64,000 nucleotides of DNA, taken from the NCBI GenBank assembly GCA_002269645.1, contig NIVC01001380.1, positions 1 to 64,000 of the forward strand. The letters are read 5' to 3'. The notes below the pieces were generated by a model, which saw nothing but the letters and a program-made list of their open reading frames with translations, ran no database searches and was not told the origin of the DNA. Both the position numbers and the translations under genes were made by a program. The first letter of the stretch is position 1. Each line of letters opens with the position of its first letter. The stretch comes from Macrostomum lignano. Taxonomy: Eukaryota. Positions 9,641 to 22,140 of this stretch are shown here, piece by piece.

Positions 9641-12600
9641 TGCACATAAGCTGGATACTGGATTCTTTATCTGGCTTTTGAAGTAAAAGTCTGCCCATTC
9701 GCCATTCCTGCTTGGAAAGCCAGTTTGTGAGACGTAGTACTCTCATGGCTGTTCTCATACTTTGATCATGTCATCTTTCTTGCCAATTTGCAGTCCTGAA
9801 AAGAATTGTGTATTTTCAGCTCCATTGCAGTCTGCATCAGTCTAACAACCAAGGAAATATGCATTTTTAGGACATTTAAAATTTAAAGTACTTTGAGGAG
9901 AAACCTAAAATTTCCATGGTGTGACTAATTTAATAGGGTTGTATTGCATTGCATTGCCTTTTCATAAATCTTTCGCTTATACAAACCATGCTGGATTCCC
10001 TTGATTTGCCATCCACTGTTAAACTGCTGCAGAGTTTGCCAATACATAGGACAGTGGTTAGAATTTCTCACTAAACTGTCATGGCTAAACGTAGCCTCTC
10101 CACACGCGGGGGTACAGAGAAGGCTATTAAAAAGTTATTCCAAAACACTGTACATTTGCTATGTACATTGAGCCCTATCGCCTGACCCTTTGTCTGGGCT
10201 GGGGGAATGAGTGAGTGAGTGGAACAAACAACAGAAAAAGCAGACAGACTTCACATGCCTACAGTTTCTGTTCTGATTGAGATACAGAGTTGAGACTTTA
10301 CAATTAGACAGAGAATGAGTCAATAAAGAATTGTGTCAAATTTGAAGTCAATTGCTTCATGTGGAGCAAACTTATGGCAGCCAAAAGTTAGTCAATTTTG
10401 AAACCCCTTTTACACATCTGGGCCCAGATCAGGATCGGGAAAGAGAGGCAGGTGGGCGGAGGTTGGGGTGGTTGCTACACTGAAAAAAACAGCCTAACTT
10501 TAAAAGTGCACAGCGCCGTTTAGGATTAACTTTAAGACTCAAAATTTTACACAATTGTGTCAAAATAGTTGAAGATTGAGTGTGTCCAATTTGAAGAGAA
10601 TCGGTGGAAGTAGAGTGGTGCTATAGAGGATTTAGTGAAAAAATTGCGCATTTTGAGCAGTTTTTTGCACTTTAAGGTGGGAAGACTCAAATTTAGGAAA
10701 TTTTAAGGTAGTCTATAAGGTAGTGAATTTAGGGTGGGTGCAAAATTTGGTGTAATTTGGTTGAGCGGTTTGGGAGTCTATACAGCGAAGTAATTTGTAC
10801 ACAGACAGACACACAGAGTTTTGATTTTTATAGTTGGAGATTATCTTATATATTTACCTTGCATTAAAATTCTTTTAGCAATTAACTGCTTATGCCATAG
10901 CTTACAAATAGACAATAGAAATCTATATCTTTTATTGTTTTTGCCTAAAGGTTTTTGCAAACTTTGTAAAGAACTTTTTAGTTAGATTAATTTCTTTTTA
11001 GTTTACTTTACTTTTCTATTTTGCCAAAATTACTTTTCTATTTAGCCAAAACAATTTTCTATTTAATCTTACTTTTAAGGCTATACCATTTTGTTTTATA
11101 TTATGATACTTTCTTTTTAGAATAAGATATTTTTAAACTATGTATAAATGTTTTCTTTTTACTAGAATTATTTTCTTTTTGCTATAATATACAATTTTCT
11201 ATCAAGTTAGAATTGCTTATTCTTTCTATCCATAAATTTTTTCTTTAAAGGTAATTACAAGTGTAATAGGCTTTGATTTTAGTAAGTAGTTTTACATTTC
11301 TTAGAGACATATAAATTCAAACGCTATTGTTATACTACGCGAATATTTCATATATTTTGCATATTTTCTATATTTTTTGTATAATATTTTGTTTGAAACA
11401 ATAAGAAGTTTTTACTATAAATAGAGGCCACTTGGGAGCCTGGCAAAGTAACTTCTGTTCCTGAACAACTTTAATACTCTCATTTGAGAAGAAATCAGCC
11501 TTGGGCTCATATTTGCTCGTGTTACTTATTTCGAGTAGTGGATAGTAGTTTAGGAGTTGCCCCAAGATTGGGAGTCCAGTCTGTTTTCAGAGAACGAGAA
11601 ATCCTAAACTTAGGAGTCTAGTAACCCGCCTTTAGGAGGCAGAGATCCTACCACAGGGTAGAGAAATCCAGGCTTAGAGTCTGAGAAACCCACCTCAGGG
11701 CAGAATACCCAGCAAAGTGCGCTGTAACCCTCTGATCCCGGGAATGCCTAGGACTAAGAATAATATCTTTAGAGTATAGGAATAGGATAGACAATGCCTA
11801 AAAGACCACTCAGGCCAGAAAGTACAATAGAGGTATAGATGCTACCAATAAAAGTACATATGCTACCAATAGAAATATATGCGCTACTAGTAGCAAGACA
11901 ATTAATAATCAGTAGAATTGTTAAGGAGAAATAGCTCTATTACAACTTTGGTGGCAGCTAGTACGGCTAGCAAAAGAATAATTGAGAGCCCTGGGACACA
12001 ATTTGACTTGAAAATTTTTTTTGTTGATACAAAACATATATAACACCATGTATTAAATTTATATATGATCTATATTTTTCTACCTAATTTTCTAAGATAA
12101 AAACAAAAACTTTGTCATCCTAATATTACTTTTTATTGAATTTTATATTATATGCACATATATTATGTGTTTATATTATACACATATTTACTTTTTGTTA
12201 ACTACATTAGATAGCTATGCTTATAGCTAGTTTTTATCTAAAAAAACTAAGTTACTAGTTAGATAATTGAAAAAAAGAAAAAAACTAGGCCTATGTATCT
12301 TTTTTTATATAGGCCTTTAGCCTGGTGGGCCTAAAATGGAATAGGTAAGTCAACTAGACTAGATATACTATATGCTATGCAACAAACTTGCTAGAGCACA
12401 GGGGCCTATATATAAGTCAGGACTAGAATACTATAGTCATAGAGTATACTAGAGAGTATAATAGAGTATAATAGAGAATTAGAATTGCCAAGCAAACAAT
12501 GTAAAGCATCTGCATAAAGAAGAGAAAATAACTGCTGCACCTATTTTTTGCTTAAAATATTAAGCTAGTTAATTAGTAAACAAATGTCAAAGGCAACTTT

Positions 12601-13953
12601 ATTAGCTAAATAGCGATAAAAATAATTTTATTAATGCTAGGCCTACACTAGCCTTAATAATGAATCTCTTGAGGTCTACCAAAAAGTAGTGATAATAAAA
12701 AGACGATTTAAGTAAGATTGCAGCATAAAAATGAGCATTTCATATTGGCCTACACAAAAGAAGAAATCGCTGCATGATATTCAATGCACATTGTGAGGAA
12801 AATCGAAACTATTTTGTTTTTTTACATGTGTTTCATATAAAAATATCGGTCGGAATATCGATAGGAATATCGATCGGAATATCGGTCGGTAAATGTTATA
12901 CACGTGAAAAGTCCGAATCTAAGAAAACTTACCACAGACAAACAAAACTTAATAGCGCAGTAAAAACAAAAGCAAAGTTGTATAAATCATATGATTAGAA
13001 AGGCTTTTTCACTAAAAGGTTTATACTTATTATACTTTGTTTTAGTGTACAAAAAATAAACTAAGAAGTTGAGAATGAGATCGAGTTTCACTCCCCTCTT
13101 TGATCTACTTTCTATACTCTACTCTCCTCTCTAGACTTTTACTCTACTCTCTACGAGTATCTCTCCTATTTCTCCTTATTTCTCCTTCTCTTGGTTCTCC
13201 CCTATCTTATTCTTTCCCCGCTTAACCCTCCCATGCAGATCCCAGATCTGCCAATTGACCCTAGCTGGCTGACCCACACGCCACACTCCCAGATCCTCTG
13301 CCTGACTCAAATGCCACACTCCCAGATCCTCTGCCTGGTCCTCTCCGCCAGTCTCCCAGATCCCCTGGCTGATAACCTCTCTAACAGCTAGGAAAACGCG
13401 TGTCGAGCCCAATTCAAAAAGAGCTGAATTCTGTTTCTGTGAAAGAAGACATGCAAGAAAACAATAGCGGAACTGCACAATGCAGATCAACAATGGAGCT
13501 TCTATCTAAACAGCTAATGAGCTGGAACCATGCTGCCTGTTTGTCTGGCAGCTGGAAATGAATTCAAAGCATCGCAGCTTCAAAACGCCTCGTGGATGAG
13601 CAATTTTTTATAATAGCTGCAAAAATCTCCACAGCATCGTCAGTGGCGCAAGCATTTCTTTGCAGAAATTTACAAGCGCGACAGAGCAGAAAAAGTGAAA
13701 TGAAACAACCGGTCCCAGTTTGGAAGCCTTTGTCGGGGGCTTCAATGCGACACATTCGGCATTCAGAAGATTCGCAGTGAAAAGCTTTCAGTTAAAGCAG
13801 GCATCGCATTCATTAGTGTGTATAAATACAAGTCAGTTTAGCTGGGGAAAACTCTTTTGCGAGGTGCGAACCCAGCTCATAAGATCTACATATTGCTATT
13901 CTCTCGACATTGACACCCAATAGAGCTCTGAGAGTCGTCAATAAAGTCCCAGA

Positions 13954-14921
13954 ATGAGTCCCAACAACCTGCGGCTTACCTGTTGGGTGTTTGCAATCGC
14001 CTTAGCTGTGATTGCTGAGTCAGCTGACTCTTCTAATTCCCTCTCGAAATGGAAGCTGCAGTCTGGTGACATCTCCGAGTACAGGGTTCTGCGAGTGCTC
14101 AAGAGTGACAGCAAGATCGACTGTCTGAGCAGAGCCGAAGCTGCTCACGCTGTCTCATTCAGCGCTGAGTCGGGTGACTGCACCCTGCTGGTGTGCCACC
14201 GAGGCAGCAAGGACGCCTGCCGAAAGTGCCGGCACGAGGGAGACCCTGGCCTGGTGAAGCTGTGGGTGAGTAGCACAGCTCAGTGATCAGGATACTGCCG
14301 AGTTGTAACAGAGCTCTCATGCGAAACTTCATCTCTTGTTAATTTCAGTTCAAGGAGCCGTTGAGCTGCTGGACGACGTTCCAGCACAGAGTCGACGGCT
14401 CCGTCAGCTTCAACCGGAACTGGGGGGACTACGTGAACGGATTTGGTCAGGGCGAGAGACTCAACTACTGGATGGGACTGGAGCAGCTCCACCAGCTCAC
14501 CGCCACTGGAGTGTGGAGAGTCCGTTGGGAGTTCAGCGACTGGAACGGCACCTGGTACTGGGCTGAGAATGCTCCGTTCTCTGTTGGCCCAGGGACTGAT
14601 AAGTACAGGTGCTCGATGGGACCGCTGGATGTGAGCAGGTCGAGTGTCGGACAGCGAACCGAAGCAGAATATTTGCCTAATAACCAACAATTCAGCACAC
14701 ACGAATATGACAATGACCTGAAAATTACTGGCAGCTGCGCTGCTGAGAAGTCAGCCGGCTGGTGGTATGGATATTGCGCGGCCATCAACCCGAACGGAGT
14801 CTACAAGATGTACTCGGACACCAAAGAAGATGCCATATACTACTACCTGTACGACTCGGGAACCGTGCTGACACTCAACGTGACTATGAAAACTTTCGAG
14901 CTTCTCATTTTTAAGGAATAA
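13954..14921 (+). CDS. Secreted fibrinogen-related domain protein (FReD), 2 exons: 13954-14265 and 14349-14921, about 294 aa
   Basis: Signal-like N-terminus. An 83-bp GT-AG intron (gtgagt...tttcag) is phase 0. Fibrinogen C-terminal motifs: WTTFQHRVDGSVSFNRNWGDYVNGFG, YWMGLEQLHQLT, FSTHEYDND, CA....GWWYGYCAAINPNGVY. Confidence 0.93.
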
Positions 14922-15599
14922 ATTCTCTGGAACTTCACTTCGAGCAGCTGCTCAACTGGTCAGCTACATCGGCTGATGCTCGTGGATTAGCCGACCTGAG
15001 AAAATTTTACTAAACAACACTATCTTTTAAATTCTGTTACATTGTTTTAAGCTCTTATTTTTGTGGGACAATTTTGTCAGATCCAGTGGCGATGAGCCGG
15101 TCCAATTTCCGTTTATTAAACATCACTATAAATACAAGCCAAACCAATCAGCTCACTTAAACTGCATTCAGATGCATTCAGATTATGTGAACTTCGATTT
15201 GATTTTTAAAGGACTGACGGCCAACTGCTCAAGCAATTCTGCTTTCCGAATATTCAATTCGAAATTGGTACCCAAGCGATGCTGACGAAAGAGAGCATCG
15301 GCGCACATTCTCGGTAGTGTCCCACATAGAATGAGAACAGCATTGTTCGAATATAAATATTCAAATCAACGCTAAATCCCAAGCACTCAGGACTTGTTCA
15401 CACAATCACGGAAATTAGCTATTAAAGCAGGCGATTGATCTGCAAAACTAGCCGCGTTAAGTCACAAAAATTGGCTTTGTCTGTCTGATCAAAAATAGAT
15501 TTTTGTCTTTTCGAAATATTGACCCCAAAATTCTCAATTTTGCAATACGAGTACACAACACTTACCACATTGTAAGACTTGTCTTAGTCCTGCTGGTCC

Positions 15600-16200
15600 T
15601 TTGAGTGCCTTTCTTTGACGCAGCAAAAGCACTCGTCGAAGAAGGATCTGGCGTGACGTCCTCCCGAGATCTGCCCCCGCGTGGTCACTTTGTCTCATGT
15701 CAGATCCTGCAGTTTCTCCGTGAGCATGTTACTTTCTGACAATTTCCTAGTTGGTCAGGCCGACGAAGAATTGTTCCCAAATGCTGTCACAAAGTCGGGC
15801 GCTTGTGAAGCCGCAGCTCTCCGCACCTAGCCGCTTCCTTTTTACGTAAGCAGAGATGTCTTCGAAGTCATCCTGCTGGATCGGTGATTGAACGCGTACA
15901 GATCCGAGTATATGCCGTCTCAGATTTTGTTGCTTCCGTCTCCTTAATCAGCAGGCTTTGCAGATCAGCGTAGGGAAATGCCGGATGGGAAATTTTGGAG
16001 TGGATGTCGGAGGCGAAAAGTCACGTGCTCAAGTGATCAAAAACAATTTGAGCGGGCGCGGATTTCTATTGTGAAGTTTCAGAGTACCCGAGGGCGGTAT
16101 TTGAGAAGCATCGAAGCGGGCCTGAGTTTGCCGACCCAGCTGATTTATTGAAATCAAATATCTGCAAGCTTTTCAGTTCCAAATTGATAATGTTAACGTA
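15600..16200 (-). pseudogene. Decayed LTR-retrotransposon gag fragment
   Basis: Across frameshifts and stops the minus strand reads YADLQSLLIKETEATKSETA / QQDDFEDISAYVKRKRLGAESCGFTSARLCDSIWEQFFVGLTN*EIV / MLTEKLQDLT*DK, which resembles Gypsy gag. Confidence 0.5.
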
Positions 16201-16942
16201 CATGTAACCCAACCTGCATTGAGAATAGCTGTGCAACCCCCTGGGCTTTGGCGCTGAAAGGTATACAGCCACCAGGCCTCGTCTCCTCGACTTTTTCCGC
16301 CTCTGAATAGTGCGGTAGCTGACGTTGTGGCCACCATTCCATTATCTAGAAAGCGCTTCTTCGAAGGTACACGTCAAAGGCGTGACCGTTACCATGCAGT
16401 CACCTGGGCAGGAGTACACCCGGTAAAAACTCCCACTAACGAGATAAAAATCGTTGACCAGACTGACGACACGAGGTGGGTAGATGAACTGCCGACTTGA
16501 TTGAATAAGAGTAATTGTTTTCGAAAAGTGCAAAGCATTCATAGTTAATTATTTAGATCATAATTTATTGGTTAATTTCTCTTCGATATGAAAAAGTTAA
16601 ATTAGATTAACAGTTCATTAGTCAAAGTCAGGGGTGTACCGGTACGTCAAGCTTCATGCCATATTACTGTTACAAGAACATAAAAGGATTGACTGTACTT
16701 AATTTGAGGTTCTAATATTAGCGAATAGGCCAATTACGGTTCGAAAGAGCGTTGGTTAAAATATTTTTCTTATTTCTGATTAACTTCGCGCTACCGAAGG
16801 TAGATTAAAAATTCTTTCAGTTTTGCCCCCAAGACTTCCCTATAAAAACGCAGATGCACTACTAATCTTGTCAGTAGTTTACAATATTTTAAATAATCTG
16901 TTAATAAGTTTGCAAGAATGGAGTCGGAAAAAATCCACAGAG

Positions 16943-18176
16943 TTACTGCAAGCCTACATAGTGCCAAATTGGTGGCGCATTAACCATCAACTTCTCATAA
17001 TCCACCATGAAGATCTTCAACCTGTTGTAGTAATAATCTTCATTGTAGGGCAGGTTATTAGCCAGCAGGAAATTACGAACGGCCGGCTTCACTCGCAGGC
17101 ACATGGAGTCAGACAGGCGCGGGAACAGGTGGTGCTCCACGTGGCAGCTGATCAGGGAGTGTCCGAACGCGAGGTCCAGCAGAGGATTTGAGTGCAAGTT
17201 GAGCACACCGGATGCCATCTGGAACAGGCGAGCAGGCCGGCTGCTCTGCGACCACATTGGCAGGCCGATGTGCTGGAAGATGTTGATGTGGATGTAGGAG
17301 AAGCTGAACAGCGAGCGGCACAGCATGAGGGTGACCAGGCCGCCCAGTGGAGTGTAGCCGCACCAGTGCACCATGATGGCCACGAAGGTGTATAGTCCCA
17401 GGCCAGCTGACACCAAGAAGGCCAATAGCTTCAGTGGCTTCTTCACCAGCAGCGAGGCGCCCACCAGAGGCGTAACAGCCGGGAAGAGCACCGGTGCCAG
17501 GAACAGGTAGACCGGGCCAGGTAGCATCGGCATTCGCCAGGTGGACGAGTCGCCCAGCCCGATGATGTTGGTGTGCGGATGGTGCTCACGGATGTGAATG
17601 TCGAAGCCGGCCTCGGCTGGGAACAGGCCGACAAAGTCGCCGCTGAACCAGGACAGGAATTTGTTGTAGAGCTCCGACTCTCCCATGGCGCCGTGGGCGG
17701 ACAGGTGGATGATCTTGGCGGTGACGATCGAGTGGCCGAGGCCAACAAGGAAGCCGCCAACCAGGAGGCGGCCAAAGTCGCTACTGGCCAGGAAGGCGAG
17801 GCCGGCCGCGTAGAAGACGCAGCCGGACAGGAAGTGGGCATTGTCCCAGGCGTACTTTTCGAACCAGCTTGCGCTGCGGATTTTGCGTTTGTAGATGGAT
17901 GGGGTTTGTAGGTTTTGTAATAGCACTTTAGCACACAAAAGAGTGTACAACGGCCCTGACTTTCTAATCGCCAGGAATGTACACTCTCTGTGCTTTGGGG
18001 GCTGGCCCCTAGGGGTGGTGAATCGCTCGACAACCCTCAGGCCAAGTTTTCGCATGAAAAGCCGTAGATGAATTTGGCCGCGTCGGGAATCGAACCCTGC
18101 TGTATCGACTTCTACTAATCAATCAATCAATCAATTAATCAACCAATCAATCAACCAATCAATTAATCAATTAACT

Positions 18177-18255
<79 letters not shown>

Positions 18256-18355
18256 CAAACAATCAATCAATCAATCAAAAAAGCAGTAAAGCAATCAATC
18301 AATCAATCAATCAATCAAACAAACAATCAATCAATCAATCAAAAAAGCAGTAAAG

Positions 18356-18402
<47 letters not shown>

Positions 18403-19017
18403 CAATAATCAATCAATCATCAATAATCAATCAATCAGTCAAAAAAGCAATGAAGCAATCAATCAACCAATCGATCAATCGGGTAGTGTAGCTCGCTTGG
18501 CTAGTAAAAGGAAAATGAATCCGAAAATCAACATAATGTAAGTAACGACGCGTTTCGCAAAACCTGTTTAATTTCGTTGTTGAAAAAATAAACCTGAGGA
18601 TGCACCTAGGAGTGCGAAACGCGTCGTTGCTTACATTATGTTGATTTTCGGATTCAATCGATCAATCAATCAATCAATAAAGCAATAAAGCAATCAATCA
18701 ATCAATAAAGCAATAAAGCAATCAATCAATCAATCAGTCAATCAATAGCTCAACTGACCAACCAATCAATCTAAACCAATCAATCAGTCAGTCAACTAAT
18801 CAATAAATTATTCAAGTAAACAATTAATCAGCCAAATAATCCATCAATAAGATTAACAACACACTGAAAAGCATTTAATAACAAAACTGAAACTCAACAA
18901 AACTCACTTCTTAGCAATATCATCAACTTTCTCCTTGAGTTGTTTGAAAGCGGGCAAATCTTTCACTTTCACCACAAACTCTTCCGTGCTAAGCTGTCTC
19001 TCCTCAACCTTAGCCAT
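16943..19017 (-). CDS. FADS6: Fatty acid desaturase 6-like, 2 exons: 19017-18908 and 17873-16943, about 346 aa
   Basis: Exon 1 MAKVEE...DDIAK-aa|gtgagt joins ccgcag|c in phase 2 to give NASWFEKY. His boxes HLSAH, HIREHH and HVEHH; no cytochrome b5 domain; FQHIGLPM and SLISCHVEHHLFP segments are typical of FADS6. Confidence 0.9.
17978..18096 (-). mobile_element. Putative tRNA-derived SINE fragment (copy 1)
   Basis: B-box-like ggttcgattccc at 18085-18096. A 30-nt core ggccagcccccaaagcacagagagtgtaca (17978-18007) recurs with 1 mismatch at 43722-43751. Confidence 0.45.
18115..18800. repeat. (AATC)n microsatellite in the FADS6 intron, interrupted at about 18481-18655
   Basis: Long pure and degenerate AATC runs. 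Confidence 0.97.
18517..18655 (+). ncRNA. 43-bp inverted repeat containing a minimal type-I hammerhead-like motif (Penelope-like element remnant)
   Basis: Arms 18517-18559 and 18613-18655 differ at 1 position. Core: CTGAGGA-T (18594-18601), stem II gcac/gtgc with loop ctagga, GAAA (18616-18619), palindromic CGCG, and TC cleavage position at 18625. Stem I is weak (3 bp). Confidence 0.6.
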
Positions 19018-20007
19018 GTCGTTGGTTGATGCTGTGGTTCAGGTAAGCCGTGAAAGTCTGTCAGTAACCTGTGGAGTAAGTCACTTCAAAAGAAACTGAT
19101 TTTGGTCGGTAAATAATCAAATTCTATGCTCTATGGCGCAAACTGTGAACGCCAAGAGAAATCTCAAATTTAAAAAAAATGTGAGAAAAAGCACTTTGAA
19201 AACTGGCTGAATCTCAATTTATACATTCCAAGCTATTTCAGCATGGTTACAGCAGGCCAATATTATTTTATCTGATCTATCTTCAGTAAACTTTGACCCT
19301 AAAACTTCAAGCGACCTCGCTTTAGACTTACCTGGTTACGAAGGTCGCTGTTTGAGAAAGAATCGAGGGTTATAAATTATTTTTAAAAATAATCTATTCA
19401 GCTCTTAATTGTATCGATTAATCCTATAGTAAGATTGACTCATTATTGAACTGAATTAAGAGCGTATTTAACTAACAGAAGAGCTTATATTGCTGAGACC
19501 TCTGCAGAGACACACAGAGAGAGAGAGAGCAATATAGGGGTAGAAATGTATTTCACAGAGAGAAAAACTCTAAGTTCGTGTCCTAAGTACTTGCACCCTT
19601 TAGTAGGTACACAAAACAGGCGCACATTTCTAGCAGGAGAGGAATTGGGGGTGATACAGAGTGGAGCAGGCTGGGAGAATGGAAGTACATGTACGGAGGA
19701 AGACGAAAGAAAGGGATCGCACGTGGCTACGCAGATGTTCGTAAAATGTTGTACTTGCTTTGACCAAAACTGTACTTACCGTCAGTTAGATGGCATGATG
19801 CTGTAACCAATTAGCTATAATGCTGTAACCATAGCACCTCTTGGGGTGTTTAGCTACTGGGTTGAGAATTAACAGTGGCTTATTGTAGAGCGGCAAATAG
19901 AGCTACTTACGCAGGAGAGGTTCAGAAGAGATTTTGAAACTAAATATAAGTAGTTATATGATTAGGTAAAAAGGGTTTCCGTATTTAAAAATAAATGAAC
20001 AAAAGAG

Positions 20008-21729
20008 CCCCTGATTCCCCCAGAGTGGCGCCCCTGATTCCCCCAGAGTGGCGCCCCTGATTCCCCCAGAGTGGCGACCCTGATTCCCTCAGAGTCAGAG
20101 TGGCGCCCCTGATACCCCCAGAGTGGCGCCCCTGATTCCCCCAGAGTGGCGCCCCTGATTCCCCCAGAGTGGCGCCCCTGATTCCCCCAGAGTGGCGCCC
20201 CTGATTCCCTCAGAGTGGCGACCCTGATTCCCTCAGAGTCAGAGTGGCGCCCCTGATACCCCCAGAGTGGCGCCCCTGATTCCCCCAGAGTGGCGCCCCT
20301 GATTCCCCCAGAGTGGCGCCCCTGATTCCCCCAGAGTGGCTCCCCTGATTCCCCTGAGTGGCGCCCCTGATTCCCCAGAGTGGCGCCCCTGATCCCCCCA
20401 GAGTGGCGCCCCTGATTCCATCAGAATGGCGCCCCTGATTCCCCCCCCCAGAGTGGCGCCCCTGACTCCCCCAGAGTGGCTCCCCTGATTCCCCTGAGTG
20501 GCGCCCCTGATTCCCCAGAGTGGCACCCCTGATTCCCCCAGAGTGGCGCCCCTGATCCCCCCAGAGTGGCGCCCCTTATTCCCTCAGAGTGGCGCCCCTG
20601 ATTCCCTCAGAGTGGCGCCCCTTATTCCCCCAGAGTGGCGCCTCTATTCCCTCAGAGGGACGCCCCTGATCCCCCCAGAGTGGCGCCCCTTATTTCCTCA
20701 GACGCCCCTGATTCCCCCAGAGTGACGCCCCTGATTCCCCCAGAGTGGCACCCCTTATTCCCCCAGAGTGACGCCCCTGATTCCCCCCAGAGTGCACCCC
20801 TGATTCTCCCAGACTGGCGCCCCTGATTCCCCCCAGAGTGCACCCCTGATTCTCCCAGACTGACGCCCCTGATTCCCCCAGAGTGACGCCCCTGATTCCC
20901 CCAGAGTGACGCCCCTGATTCCCCCAGAGTGGCGCCCCTGATTCCCCCAGAGTGACGCCCCTGATTCCCTCAGAGTGGCGCCCCTGATTCTCCCAGAGTG
21001 GCGCCCCTTATTCCCCCAGAGTGGCGCCCCTGTTCCCTCAGAGTGGCACCCCTGATTCTCCCAGAGTGGCGCCCCTATTCCCTCAGAGTGGCACCCCTGA
21101 TTCTCCCAGAGTGGCGCCCCTATTCCCTCAGAGTGGCACCCCTGATTCTCCCAAAGTGGCGCCCCTATTCCCTCAGAGTGGCACCCCTGATTCTCCCAGA
21201 GTGGCGCCCCTATTCCCTCAGAGTGGCACCCCTGATTCTCCCAGAGTGGCGCCCCTATTCCCTCAGAGTGGCGCCCCTGATTCTCCCAGAGTGGCGCCCC
21301 TATTCCCTCAGAGTGGCACCCCTGATTCTCCCAGAGTGGCACCCCTGATTCCCTCAGAGTGGCACCTCTGATTCCCTTAGAGTGGCGCCCCTGATTCTCC
21401 CAGAGTGGCGCCCCTATTCCCTCAGAGTGGCGCCCCTGATTCCCTTAGAGTGGCGCCCCTGATTCTCCCAGAGTGGCGCCCCTGATTCTCCCAGAGTGGC
21501 GCCCCTATTCCCTCAGAGTGACGCCCCTGATTCCCCCAGAGTGACGCCCCTGATTCTCCCAGAGTGGCGCCCCTGATTCCCCCAGAGTGACGCCCCTGAT
21601 TCCCCCAGAGTGGCACCCCTTATTCCCCCAGAGTGGCGCCCCTGATTCTCCCAGAGTGGCGCCCCTATTCCCTCAGAGTGGCACCCCTGATTCCCCCCAG
21701 AGTGACACCCCTGATTCTCCAGAGTGGCG
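20008..21729. repeat. 23-bp C-rich minisatellite (cccctgattcccccagagtggcg) with a 45-bp dimeric sub-block
   Basis: About 75 tandem units; alternating 23/22-bp units at about 21040-21340. Confidence 0.98.
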
Positions 21730-22140
21730 ATACACAGCTAGCTACTTGGCCTAGTAGTGTAATAAAGAAGCACGGAATGCTTAGGAGACAATTAGAAAAA
21801 TAGCCAATCTATTTTTAGAATATGATTCAACACAGTGCAGTCTGCTGTACAGTCAATCGTGTGAGCTGTTCTGTCTCTCTTCTGTAGAAAAACTGGCACT
21901 CATTTGCACAACAATCACTCTAAAAGCTGTAACGTTAGTGTTTCTGTTATATTGCATTGCATTGCATTGCAACTGTCTTGTGCAATAAATATATCTCTTT
22001 CGTGAGTTTATATAAGCATAATAGAGGGACAACGCTAAGTTTTGCTAGCATTTCTGTACAGACAGATAACTTATCAAGGGCTGTCGCCTTGAACGTGTCC
22101 CAAACTTATTCGTTGAAACTTTATTGATAAAGTGAAAATC

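Noticed and set aside
17874-18055. ORF-track N-terminus of the desaturase (MRKLGLRV...)
   Set aside because: This is intron and SINE-like sequence; an upstream exon at 19017-18908 splices in phase and gives a more FADS6-like N-terminus.
20239-21616. Repetitive ORFs (VAPLIP, APLWEN)
   Set aside because: Translations of the 23-bp satellite on both strands.
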